Positions 27,597 through 37,342 of a stretch of 64,000 bases of DNA are shown here, piece by piece (positions within the stretch are counted from its first letter, which is position 1; each line of letters begins with the position of its first letter). The position numbers and the translations under genes were made by a program. The stretch comes from Candidatus Staskawiczbacteria bacterium (GTDB lineage Bacteria; Patescibacteriota; Minisyncoccia; Minisyncoccales; Staskawiczbacteraceae): assembly GCA_963761865.1 (NCBI GenBank), contig CAVXIE010000002.1, positions 274,595-338,594 of the forward strand, written 5' to 3'. The notes under the pieces were generated by a model. It had not been told where the DNA came from and made no database searches. It saw only the letters and a program-made list of their open reading frames with translations.

Positions 27597-28136
27597 ATGA
27601 ACGCGATTAAGTTCTTTGAAAGGGCCATTGGCATAGTGTCGGGCGCTATGTCTTACATTCTTGCCTTGGCAGCAATCGGGCTATTGCTGTGGATTTACCA
27701 GCGCGAGGGATTTGGCGGCTTACTGGAAGCTGTAACAATTCAGATAAAAAATGTCGCGATAAAATATGCATGGATTGTGTTTATGTTTATCGTGATTGCA
27801 GGGGCAATTGACCATCTTGCTAAGAAGAATCCCGAAGACGTAAAGGACTTGATTTCCGGGAAGCGAGGCGAGGCGCCAATGATCATTGTTTCAACGATCC
27901 TCCCCGGTCCAGCTGGTGCAAATCAGCTAAGGGAAGAATGGGAAAGCGGCGAGAACCGAGGAAACGTCATTGTCTGTTTGACCGCCATGATGGCGCTGAG
28001 CATTACAATGTTCATTTTTCGAGCAAGGTTCTTGGGTGGCCAGCTCACACTTATATGGGTTGGCATCGCGGGAGTGATGTTATTTCAGGTTTGGTTTGTT
28101 TGTAAACTCAAACCATGGGAGTGGTTTAAAACTTGA
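27597..28136 (+). CDS. hypothetical polytopic membrane protein (GC-richer, strong SD)
   Basis: TAGGAGG 5 nt before ATG; four hydrophobic segments; sits where rplA is normally found. Confidence 0.6.
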   Translation: MNAIKFFERAIGIVSGAMSYILALAAIGLLLWIYQREGFGGLLEAVTIQIKNVAIKYAWIVFMFIVIAGAIDHLAKKNPEDVKDLISGKRGEAPMIIVSTILPGPAGANQLREEWESGENRGNVIVCLTAMMALSITMFIFRARFLGGQLTLIWVGIAGVMLFQVWFVCKLKPWEWFKT

Positions 28137-28149
28137 AACCGGCTCAACA

Positions 28150-28181
28150 GAGGTCTTTCGTCAGATGCGGAAGACCTTTTC
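28150..28181 (+). terminator. intrinsic terminator
   Basis: aggtctttc/ggaagacct hairpin plus T-run. Confidence 0.6.
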
Positions 28182-28374
28182 ATTTTAAAAATTTCGTAAA
28201 ATAACTTTAGCTATACCCTAATTTAAAAGCTTTTAATTTAGGGCATAGATGGTTTAGGATTAAGGTTAATTTTGAATTTTAAATTGTGATTTTGAGATTT
28301 GATTTTTTAATTTTGATTTAGGTTTTCTATTTGACTTTACGGGGGAAATCACATAGTATAATAGCATTGCGTTA

Positions 28375-28445
28375 CAGGTTTTAGGCGCTAGGTTTTGGGC
28401 TCTAGTCGGCAACTAAAAGCTACAACCTATAAGCTAAAAGCTAAA
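28375..28445. repeat. TAG/CTA-word palindromic element (family C)
   Basis: caggttttaggcgctaggttttgggctctagtc ... aactaaaagctacaacctataagctaaaagctaaa. Confidence 0.6.
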
Positions 28446-28451
28446 CGAAAA

Positions 28452-29714
28452 ATGGATAAATTCGTCATAAATGGAGGTAGGGAATTGTCCGGAGAAATTG
28501 AAGTGAGAGGATCAAAAAATGCGGCAGGACCATGTCTTGCGGCGGTTTTGCTTACCAAAGAAGAATGCGTGATTGATAATTTACCAATGATTTCTGATAT
28601 TAAAAGCATGTTGGATATTTTAAAAAGTTTGGGGGTGAGTGTTGAATTTATTTCAGAACGAAAAGTAAAATTACGGGCTGAAAATATCAATGCGGAAAAA
28701 ATGGATTTGGAAAAGTTTTCAAAAACCAGAATGTCGGTGGTATTGGTCGGGTCGCTGTTAACACGATTTCATTATTTCCAATTTTCGTCGCCCGGTGGAG
28801 ATAAAATTGGGCTGCGTCCGATAAATATTCAGTTGAAAGCCTTAGAAAAACTGGGAGCTAAAATTAAAAAAGAAGGAGATTTTTATAATGTGTATAGAGA
28901 AGAACTTATCGGTTCAGAAATTATTTTAACTGAATTTAGCCCAACTGCCACTGAGGCATTGATGCTGGCCGCGGTTTTAGCAAAAGGAAAAACAATTATT
29001 AAGGGTGCGGCATCTGAATCTTCTGTGCAGGATTTAGGCAGAATGCTTTTAAAAATGGGAGCCAGGATAAAAGGCAACGGAACTCATACCCTGGAAATTG
29101 AAGGAGTTGAAAAATTGTTCGGATGCCAGCACGCCGTTGTTTCTGATCATTTGGAAGCGGGAACGTTTATTGTTGCCGGCGCCTTAACTCAAGGGCAGGT
29201 CACCGTAAAGAATGTTGATTTTGAATATTTAGATTTATTTTTAGAAAAATTAAAAGAAATTGGAGTTGTTTTTGAAAAAGGCGAAAATAGTGTGACAATT
29301 TTTAACTCGCCAAGTCTGGGCGCGGCAAAAGTTCAGGCGCTTCCGCATCCGGGATTTCCAACAGATTTGTTGCCGATGGTGGTAACATTACTAACACGGG
29401 CAAGCGGGAAAAGTTTAATTCACGACCCGTTATACGAAGGAAGGTTTGGTTATATGCATGAACTGAAAAAAATGGGAGCTGATATTGAAGTGGTTGACCC
29501 GCACCGGGCGTTTGTGTTTGGTCCGAAAGAAATCAAAGGAGTGAATGTTGATTCGCTTGATGTGCGAGCCGGAGCTGTTATGATTTTAGCCGGATTAATG
29601 GCAGAAGGAAAAACAGTAATTGACAATGTCTTTCAAATTGACCGAGGATATGAGAGAATAGAAGAGCGACTTCAAAGGCTGGGAGCGGATATTAAGCGAG
29701 TGCAAGGAGCTTAA
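28452..29714 (+). CDS. murA: UDP-N-acetylglucosamine 1-carboxyvinyltransferase
   Basis: MDKFVINGG.ELSGEIEVRGSKNAAG, HPGFPTDL, IDRGYERIEERL; ATG 28452 preferred. Confidence 0.9.
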   Translation: MDKFVINGGRELSGEIEVRGSKNAAGPCLAAVLLTKEECVIDNLPMISDIKSMLDILKSLGVSVEFISERKVKLRAENINAEKMDLEKFSKTRMSVVLVGSLLTRFHYFQFSSPGGDKIGLRPINIQLKALEKLGAKIKKEGDFYNVYREELIGSEIILTEFSPTATEALMLAAVLAKGKTIIKGAASESSVQDLGRMLLKMGARIKGNGTHTLEIEGVEKLFGCQHAVVSDHLEAGTFIVAGALTQGQVTVKNVDFEYLDLFLEKLKEIGVVFEKGENSVTIFNSPSLGAAKVQALPHPGFPTDLLPMVVTLLTRASGKSLIHDPLYEGRFGYMHELKKMGADIEVVDPHRAFVFGPKEIKGVNVDSLDVRAGAVMILAGLMAEGKTVIDNVFQIDRGYERIEERLQRLGADIKRVQGA

Positions 29715-29827
29715 CCCCGCCCTCTATGCTGTCATAAATTTTAGCGTAGGCTTAGTTTGTAAATAATATAATAAAGCATTTTGCCTTCTTTTATTAGCTT
29801 AGAGGGCGGGGTGCTCACATTATTCGC
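29715..29827. repeat. GC-stem palindromic element (family A)
   Basis: ccccgccctcta (29715-29726) ... tagagggcgggg (29800-29811) + tgctcacattattcgc directly abutting the mreB ATG. Confidence 0.85.
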
Positions 29828-30835
29828 ATGTTTAATAATAAAATAGCAATTGATTTTGGAACTTGCAATTCTCTTGTGTATGTTCAGGGAAAAGGGATTG
29901 TTTTAACTGAGCCTTCGGTGGTTGCGGTTTCTTTGTCTGATAACAGAATTTTGGCAGTAGGTGAGGAGGCGAAAGAAATGATTGGCAGAACGCCTTCTGA
30001 TATTAGAGTTTATCGGCCATTAAAAGATGGAGTTATTGCTGATTATAAAGTTACTCAGGCAATGATGCGTTATTTTATTACGACAGCGATGCCAAGATTC
30101 AGGTTTTTAAAACCGGAATTAGTCATTTCTGTTCCTGCCGGAATTACCAGTACCGAAAGAAGGGCAGTCATTGAAGCTGCATTATCGGCTGGAGCCAAAC
30201 AAGCTTTTGTTGCCAAAGAGCCAATTTTGGCGGCAATTGGAGCCGGAATTCCTATAAATTCTTGTTCCGGGCATATGATTATTGATATTGGCGGAGGAAC
30301 TTCAGAAGTTGCCGTAATTTCGCTGGGCGGAATTGTAACTACTCATTCAGTCAGAGTTGCCGGAGACAAAATAGACACTGCTATTGCCGAATACATAAAG
30401 AAAAAATATAATTTGGCGATTGGAACACAATCTGCCGAAGAAATAAAAATAAAAGTTGGTACAGCCTTGCCTCAAAAAGAGTTAAGATTTATGGAAATTC
30501 AGGGCAGGGATTTAATTTTAGGTTTGCCAAGAAACATTAAAATTTCAAACAATGAAGTTTGCGAAGCTATTTCCGATGTGCTTGCCGAAATTATTCAGGC
30601 GGCAAAACATGTGTTATCGGAAACTCCGCCGGAACTGTCAGCCGATATTATGAACAAAGGAATTATTATGTCGGGTGGGGGAGCGTTGCTTCCAAAAATT
30701 AACGAATTGGTTGCGCAAAGCACCGGAGTACCATGTTTTGTCGCCGAAGAGCCATTATTTTGCGTTATCAAAGGCACAGGAATTGTTTTGGAACATTTGG
30801 AGGAATATAAGAAAGTAGTGATGAGTAAGAAGTAA
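29828..30835 (+). CDS. mreB: rod shape-determining protein MreB (intact paralogue)
   Basis: [47 protein letters not shown]. Confidence 0.9.
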   Translation: MFNNKIAIDFGTCNSLVYVQGKGIVLTEPSVVAVSLSDNRILAVGEEAKEMIGRTPSDIRVYRPLKDGVIADYKVTQAMMRYFITTAMPRFRFLKPELVISVPAGITSTERRAVIEAALSAGAKQAFVAKEPILAAIGAGIPINSCSGHMIIDIGGGTSEVAVISLGGIVTTHSVRVAGDKIDTAIAEYIKKKYNLAIGTQSAEEIKIKVGTALPQKELRFMEIQGRDLILGLPRNIKISNNEVCEAISDVLAEIIQAAKHVLSETPPELSADIMNKGIIMSGGGALLPKINELVAQSTGVPCFVAEEPLFCVIKGTGIVLEHLEEYKKVVMSKK

Positions 30836-31062
30836 GGACGCTCGGGCATTTTCCCAAAAGAGCCCGGGGGCGCTAGGCGAGGCACTTTTGGCGAAAATGC
30901 CCTCGCTATAGGTTTTAAGCCAGTTGTAGAACCCAGCCCTCTATGCTATATGAAAAAGTTCAAATGCTTAGAGGGCTGGGTTGCCTGCGGGCTCTGCAAC
31001 TGGAAATGTTGTGGATTTATATAAAAAATTAAACCCACGAGCGTGATGCTCGTGGGTTTTTA
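30836..31062 (+). ncRNA. conserved structured element downstream of mreB, copy 1 (family G), ends in its own terminator
   Basis: first 70 nt differ at about 1 position from 36490-36560; long hairpin, ccagttgtag/ctgcaactgg stem, terminator acccacgagc/gctcgtgggt plus T-run. Confidence 0.55.
30932..30980. repeat. GC-stem palindromic element (family A) nested inside the family G element
   Basis: cccagccctcta ... tagagggctggg; the paralogous copy at 36583-36602 has an unrelated small hairpin here. Confidence 0.8.
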
Positions 31063-31069
31063 TTTCGGT

Positions 31070-31249
31070 TCAAGCCAACTTTCTGATTCGTTCTTTCATC
31101 TCTTGGTCGGCAAGAACTAAACGTTCGTGCAAATCTTCTGTAAAATTAGGCCGAGGATTTGTTGTGTATAGGAGATCAAAAATCACACTTCGCCATTTTC
31201 TCAGTTGATTTCTGTCGATACTAATGCGAACAGTTTTCTCTTTTTTCAC
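31070..31249 (-). CDS. small hypothetical protein (59 aa, GTG start)
   Basis: GGAGG 5 nt upstream of GTG; VKKEKTVRISIDRNQLRKW.. ; below ORF-track cut-off. Confidence 0.35.
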   Translation of the reverse strand: MKKEKTVRISIDRNQLRKWRSVIFDLLYTTNPRPNFTEDLHERLVLADQEMKERIRKLA

Positions 31250-31379
31250 GACATCCTCCTTTAAAGGTATTTTTCATATACGGAGCCCATCTCACAACCA
31301 AAGTTTATCATTATAAATATAAATTGTCAAGTCTTTCGCTGGGTTGATAATTCTGTTAAGATGAACTCAAGAAATTTGT

Positions 31380-32222
31380 ATGGAATATCAAAAACAGTGG
31401 AATTTTTTAAAGGATAAATTTGAATCGGGAAAGCTGTCGCATGCCTATTTATTTTCCGGGAAAGACGAAGAGGCTATCAAATATTTTGCCAAAAATTTTG
31501 CTAAGGTTATTAATTGTTTGGGCAAGGAAAAGCCGTGCAATGAGTGTCAAAATTGTAAAATGATTGAGAAGGTAATCTTCGCTGACCTATTAATAATAAA
31601 ATCTGCCGACAGTCCAAGTTCTATAAAGAATGGGAAAGATATGATGGAAATTTCCATTGAACAGATTCGCGATGCGCAGGATTTTTTATCGCTCAAGTCC
31701 TATTATAGAAGCTATAAAACTGTTATAATATACGATGCCGAGAGAATGAATCTTGAAGCGCAGGATTGTTTTTTAAAAAACCTTGAAGAACCAAAGGGAA
31801 ATACCTTAATTATGCTTATTTCTTCAAAGCCCGATTTGCTCTTGCCGACAATTTTCTCAAGATGCCAGCAGATTAAATTTTTTTCAAATAGCACACACGA
31901 TTATTCAAAAGAAGAAACGGCAATTTTGCAAAGTTTATTGAAAATTATTAATTCTAATTTAGCTGAAAAATTTAAATTTGCAAAAAGTTTCAACGTAGAG
32001 GGGGAAAATCTAAACAGAGTTTTGGTGTTATTACAAAATTATTTCAGAAACCTAATGCTTGCCAAGATTGGCGCGATAGAAAAACAGCAGTATCCGATTG
32101 AACAATATTCAGTGTCAAAAATAAAAAGTATATTAGCTTTAATTGAAAATATTAATCATCAGTTAAGTATTTCTAATGTCAATCCAAAATTAGCGTTGGA
32201 AATAGTTTTAATGGAAATATAA
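31380..32222 (+). CDS. holB: DNA polymerase III subunit delta prime
   Basis: LSHAYLFSG, CNECQNC zinc module, FLKNLEEP, SRCQ. Confidence 0.8.
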   Translation: MEYQKQWNFLKDKFESGKLSHAYLFSGKDEEAIKYFAKNFAKVINCLGKEKPCNECQNCKMIEKVIFADLLIIKSADSPSSIKNGKDMMEISIEQIRDAQDFLSLKSYYRSYKTVIIYDAERMNLEAQDCFLKNLEEPKGNTLIMLISSKPDLLLPTIFSRCQQIKFFSNSTHDYSKEETAILQSLLKIINSNLAEKFKFAKSFNVEGENLNRVLVLLQNYFRNLMLAKIGAIEKQQYPIEQYSVSKIKSILALIENINHQLSISNVNPKLALEIVLMEI

Positions 32223-32224
32223 TT

Positions 32225-32782
32225 ATGGCCACATACAAAGAATTTATAGATAGCGTAAAGCCGGAATTTGAAAAAGCGTTCAAATTTTTGGAGGGTGAAA
32301 TTGCAAAAATCAGAACATCCAGGTCTTCACCGGCGTTGGTTGAAGATATTGAGGTAGTCTGTTTTGATAATAAATTTTCGTTAAAGCAGTTGGCGGCTAT
32401 ATCTTGCCCTCAACTAAACCAAATTTTAATTCAGCCGTGGGATACTTCATATATTGAACCGATTGAAAAAGCTATTTTGAAATCAGGATTGGGAATGTCT
32501 TCTGCTGTTGATAAAAATACCATCAGATTGAGTTTGCCTTTATTGACAGAAGAATACAGACACAGTTTGGTAAAGGTGTTAAACGAAAAATCTGAGCAAT
32601 GCAGACAAACAATTAGACATTGGAGAGAAGATGCTTGGAACAAAATTCAGACAGCTCAAAAAGACAAGAAACTTTCTGAAGACGATAAATTTAAGGGAAG
32701 AGACGGATTACAGAAGTTAATTGATGAATATTCAGAGAAAATAAAGGCACTGGTTGAGAAAAAGAGCGGGGAAGTGATTTAG
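32225..32782 (+). CDS. frr: ribosome recycling factor
   Basis: IAKIRTSRSSPALVEDI, LTEEYRHSLVK, DDKFKG..LQKLIDEY. Confidence 0.9.
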   Translation: MATYKEFIDSVKPEFEKAFKFLEGEIAKIRTSRSSPALVEDIEVVCFDNKFSLKQLAAISCPQLNQILIQPWDTSYIEPIEKAILKSGLGMSSAVDKNTIRLSLPLLTEEYRHSLVKVLNEKSEQCRQTIRHWREDAWNKIQTAQKDKKLSEDDKFKGRDGLQKLIDEYSEKIKALVEKKSGEVI

Positions 32783-32786
32783 AATT

Positions 32787-32908
32787 TCTAATTAATCTAA
32801 TTATACTAATTGATCTAAATAAATCCTAAATCCCAATGTTCAAAAGTTTAGGAGTTAGCTTTTAGGATTTGATTAGAGTAATTAGAAATTAGAATAATTA
32901 GAATAATT
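32787..32908. repeat. CTAATTAG-word inverted-repeat element, ORF-less copy (family B)
   Basis: collinear with both arms of 54629-55103; loop begins cccaATGTTCAAAAG. Confidence 0.75.
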
Positions 32909-32912
32909 GTTT

Positions 32913-34043
32913 ATGCTATTAACTTTGCTTATTGCTTTCTTTAGTCTTATTGCCTTGATGATTATCCATGAATTTGGACATTTTTTAGTTGCCAAAAAGT
33001 TTGGCGTTAAGGTTGAGGAGTTTGGCATAGGATATCCGCCAAGAATTTTTGGAAAGCAAATCGGCGAAACAGTATATTCTGTAAACTTGATTCCTCTTGG
33101 CGCGTTTGTTAGAATTTATGGGGAAGAAGGCGGACTGGATGATTACAGAAGTTTTTCAAATTTTAAATTTTGGAAAGAATTTTAATTGTATTAGGTGGCG
33201 TGGTCGGCGTTTTGGGTGGCGGCCATTATTATTTTTTCTGTGGTATTTTGCAATGGGAGCGAGTGTGCCGATAGGAGATCAGGATATTGTATGGAGCAGG
33301 GAATCCGCATCAGTTGTAGTAATAGAAACTGTCGCCAATTCCCGGCGCCAATTGCCGGATTAGAACCGGGAGATAAAATTACAGATGTTAAAGTTATAAC
33401 TAGAAACAAAATGTTGCTGTAAATAAAGTTGCAGATTTTCAAAAATTTGTATGCGATGCAATAAAGGGAATCAAATAGCTCTAAATATTATGAGAGACGC
33501 AAGCAAATTTCGATGTTAATTTAACTCCCAGGGCTTATTACCCTTCAGGTCAAGGATCGTTCGGTGTTGGTACTAGAAAGAATGGCGAACTTTGATTAAA
33601 AAATATCCATGGTATAGGCTCCATTTCAGGGAGTTATTATTTACCTGGCAGACAACAGTAAGCGGAATCGCTTTGGGCTATATTTACATGTTATTGCAAA
33701 TTTAGTCAGCGGAAAGGGTGTGCCAAAAGGCGCTGAGCTTGCCGGGCCGTTGGCATTACTGTATTTTTATCACAAGCAGCAAGCTTTGGGCACGGATTTT
33801 TTCTATATTTTATAGGGTTGATTTCAGTTTTTTGCAATATTTAATTTATTTCCAATTCCTGCGCTTGACGGCGGAAAATTGTTATTTTTAATCATTGAAG
33901 CAATAAGGAAAAAGCCAATATCCGAGGCAGTAGAACAAAATTTAACCGTTACGTTTTTTATTATTATTATTTCATTATCACTTTTTATAACAATAAAATT
34001 TGATATTCCAAGAGTGATGGACTTTTGGAAGGCTGGACTTTAA
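32913..34043 (+). pseudogene. rseP: RseP-like M50 site-2 protease, several frameshifts
   Basis: HEFGHFLVAKKFGVKVEEFGIG at start, ..[24 protein letters not shown] near end, PDZ-like middle in other frames. Confidence 0.8.
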
Positions 34044-34062
34044 TATAAAATAATCATTAAAT

Positions 34063-34140
34063 AGTGGAGCGTCGTAATTTTGGCCACAAAGACTATTATA
34101 TATTTGGCCAAAATTACGACGTGAATTTATTCGTTCCACT
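34063..34140. repeat. palindromic element (family D) with perfect 17-bp arms
   Basis: cgtcgtaattttggcca (34070-34086) / tggccaaaattacgacg (34105-34121); collinear with 52535-52615. Confidence 0.8.
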
Positions 34141-34152
34141 CTATAAATTCAA

Positions 34153-35394
<1,242 letters not shown>

Positions 35395-35404
35395 AATAAG
35401 AGAT

Positions 35405-36477
35405 ATGAAAAATCCAATAAGAAAACTGTTTTCTTTTTTGTCGCTTGATATGGCAATTGATTTGGGCACTGCCAATTCTTTGGTTTATGTAAAGGATAGA
35501 GGAATAATTATCAATGAACCTTCAGTTGTTGCGGTAAATAATAAAACCGGCCAGATTTTAGCTATTGGAGAAGAGGCAAAAAAAATGGTTGGTAGAACCC
35601 CCGCATACATTTCTGCAACAAGGCCATTGGTTAATGGAGTTATTTCTGATTTTGAAGTTACCGAGCAAATGCTAAAATATTTTATTGAAAAGGCGGTGGC
35701 AGGTTCAAGAAAAATGTTTGGTTTGGGATATACTCCACGAGTTATTATCGGAATTCCCTGCGGAGTTACAGAAGTTGAAAGAAAAGCAGTCAGAGACGCG
35801 GCAAAAAATGCCGGGGCCAGAACAGTATTTTTAATTGAAGAACCATTAGCTTCGGCAATTGGAGCAAAACTTGCCAATTCAAGAAGCCGGCGGAAATTTT
35901 ATTGTTGATATTGGCGGAGGAACAACAGAAGTGGCGGTAATTTCTTTGGGCGGAATTGTGACTTTCAGAAGCTTGCGAGTCGCCGGAGATAAATTAAATG
36001 ATGACATTGTTCAATTTGCGCAAAAAGAATACAAACTTTTAATTGGAGAAAGAACTGCAGAATTAATTAAAATAAATATTGGTTCGGCGCATGCCTCTAA
36101 AAGAGAAAAAAGAAATGCCAATGCGCGGCAGAAATTTGGTTACAGGTTTGCCTGAAGAGGTGGTGATTTTTAATGACGATATTCAAAGAGCGTTGGAAAG
36201 GTCTGTAAAACACATTATTGCGGCTATTAAAACAACAATTGAAGAAACTCCGCCGGAACTTTTGGCTGATGTTATGACTAACGGAATTTATTTGGCCGGA
36301 GGAGGATCATTACTGAGAGGACTTGACGTTTTAATTTCGCAGGAAACAAAAATGCCTTGCAAAATAATTGATGATCCGTTAACTTCGGTTGTCCGAGGCT
36401 GCGGAATTGCTTTGGAAAATATTGATACGCTTGCCGGTTTGGTGCAAAAAGACGAAGAATGGGGAGCACCGGTGTAA
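35405..36477 (+). pseudogene. mreB: MreB paralogue with two frameshifts
   Basis: IDLGTANSLVYV, EPSVVAV | [21 protein letters not shown] | LAGGGSLLRGLD in three track ORFs. Confidence 0.85.
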
Positions 36478-36489
36478 TACTCAGGCATT

Positions 36490-36693
36490 GACGCTCGGGC
36501 ATTTTCCCAAAAGAGCCCGGGGGCGCTAGGCGAGGCACTTTTGGCGAAAACGCCCTCGCTATTTTTTTAAAACCAGTTGCAGGATTTTTCCGCTGAAAAA
36601 TCGCCGTATTCTCGGCTCTGCAACTGGAAATGTTGCGGATTTTATACAAAAAAAATAAGCCCACATTGCGCCGATGCGCGTCGTGGGCTTTTG
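36490..36693 (+). ncRNA. conserved structured element downstream of mreB, copy 2 (family G)
   Basis: same order of blocks as 30836-31062; ccagttgcag/ctgcaactgg stem; terminator gcccacg.../...cgtgggc plus T-run. Confidence 0.55.
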
Positions 36694-36714
36694 CTTGATT
36701 CTAGTTCTTATCTC

Positions 36715-36924
36715 TTAGTGCTGCTTTGGCTTATCTTTGCTTTCAGTTGAGATGAAGGCGGCTAAGAAAAAGAAGGTTACCATAGCAAAGAGTGACGGAA
36801 TCATCCATTCACCCCACGCTTTTCCCGACATTACTCCTGCGATGTATAATACGGTAATGGCGCACATGATAATAACGGCAACTATGCCGATTAAACAAAA
36901 GGCAACCGACAGATTTTTCCCCAT
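36715..36924 (-). CDS. small two-TM membrane protein
   Basis: 69 aa, two hydrophobic helices. Confidence 0.45.
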   Translation of the reverse strand: MGKNLSVAFCLIGIVAVIIMCAITVLYIAGVMSGKAWGEWMIPSLFAMVTFFFLAAFISTESKDKPKQH

Positions 36925-37063
36925 GATTATAACCTTTCGAAATAGAGTAATGTTTCGTTCCCGGATTAATTCTACTATAAGTAGCTAAATTGTCAAGTCT
37001 TTTATTGGGTTCTCAATTCTGCTAAAATAAACAAATAATTTCGCGTTACATGTTACAAGGTTT

Positions 37064-37342
37064 ATGATTTCAAAAGAGGAGGTAGCTCATATCGCTAAAC
37101 TTGCCCGTCTGGAACTGACTGAACAAGAAATTGAAAAAATGCAGAAAGATCTGTCGGCGGTTTTGGATTACTTTGTTATTCTCAAAAATGCGCCGGAAAT
37201 TAAGATTCAAAATCCAAAATCCAAAATCCAACATTTACGAAAAGATGAAGCGGCGGAAAAGCCGGCAAGTTTGGCAAATAATTTGTTGGCGGCGGCACCC
37301 GATAGAAAAGAAGATTATATTAAAGTAAAGCAAATTTTATAA
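37064..37342 (+). CDS. gatC: Asp/Glu-tRNA amidotransferase subunit C
   Basis: [36 protein letters not shown]; TAATG junction with gatA. Confidence 0.9.
   Translation: MISKEEVAHIAKLARLELTEQEIEKMQKDLSAVLDYFVILKNAPEIKIQNPKSKIQHLRKDEAAEKPASLANNLLAAAPDRKEDYIKVKQIL

Noticed and set aside
37200-37240. The caaaatccaaaatccaaaatccaa tandem in gatC as a repeat insertion.
   Set aside because: It is a short 8-nt tandem encoding a plausible linker ([11 protein letters not shown]), the gatC length is normal, and the evidence for an element is insufficient.
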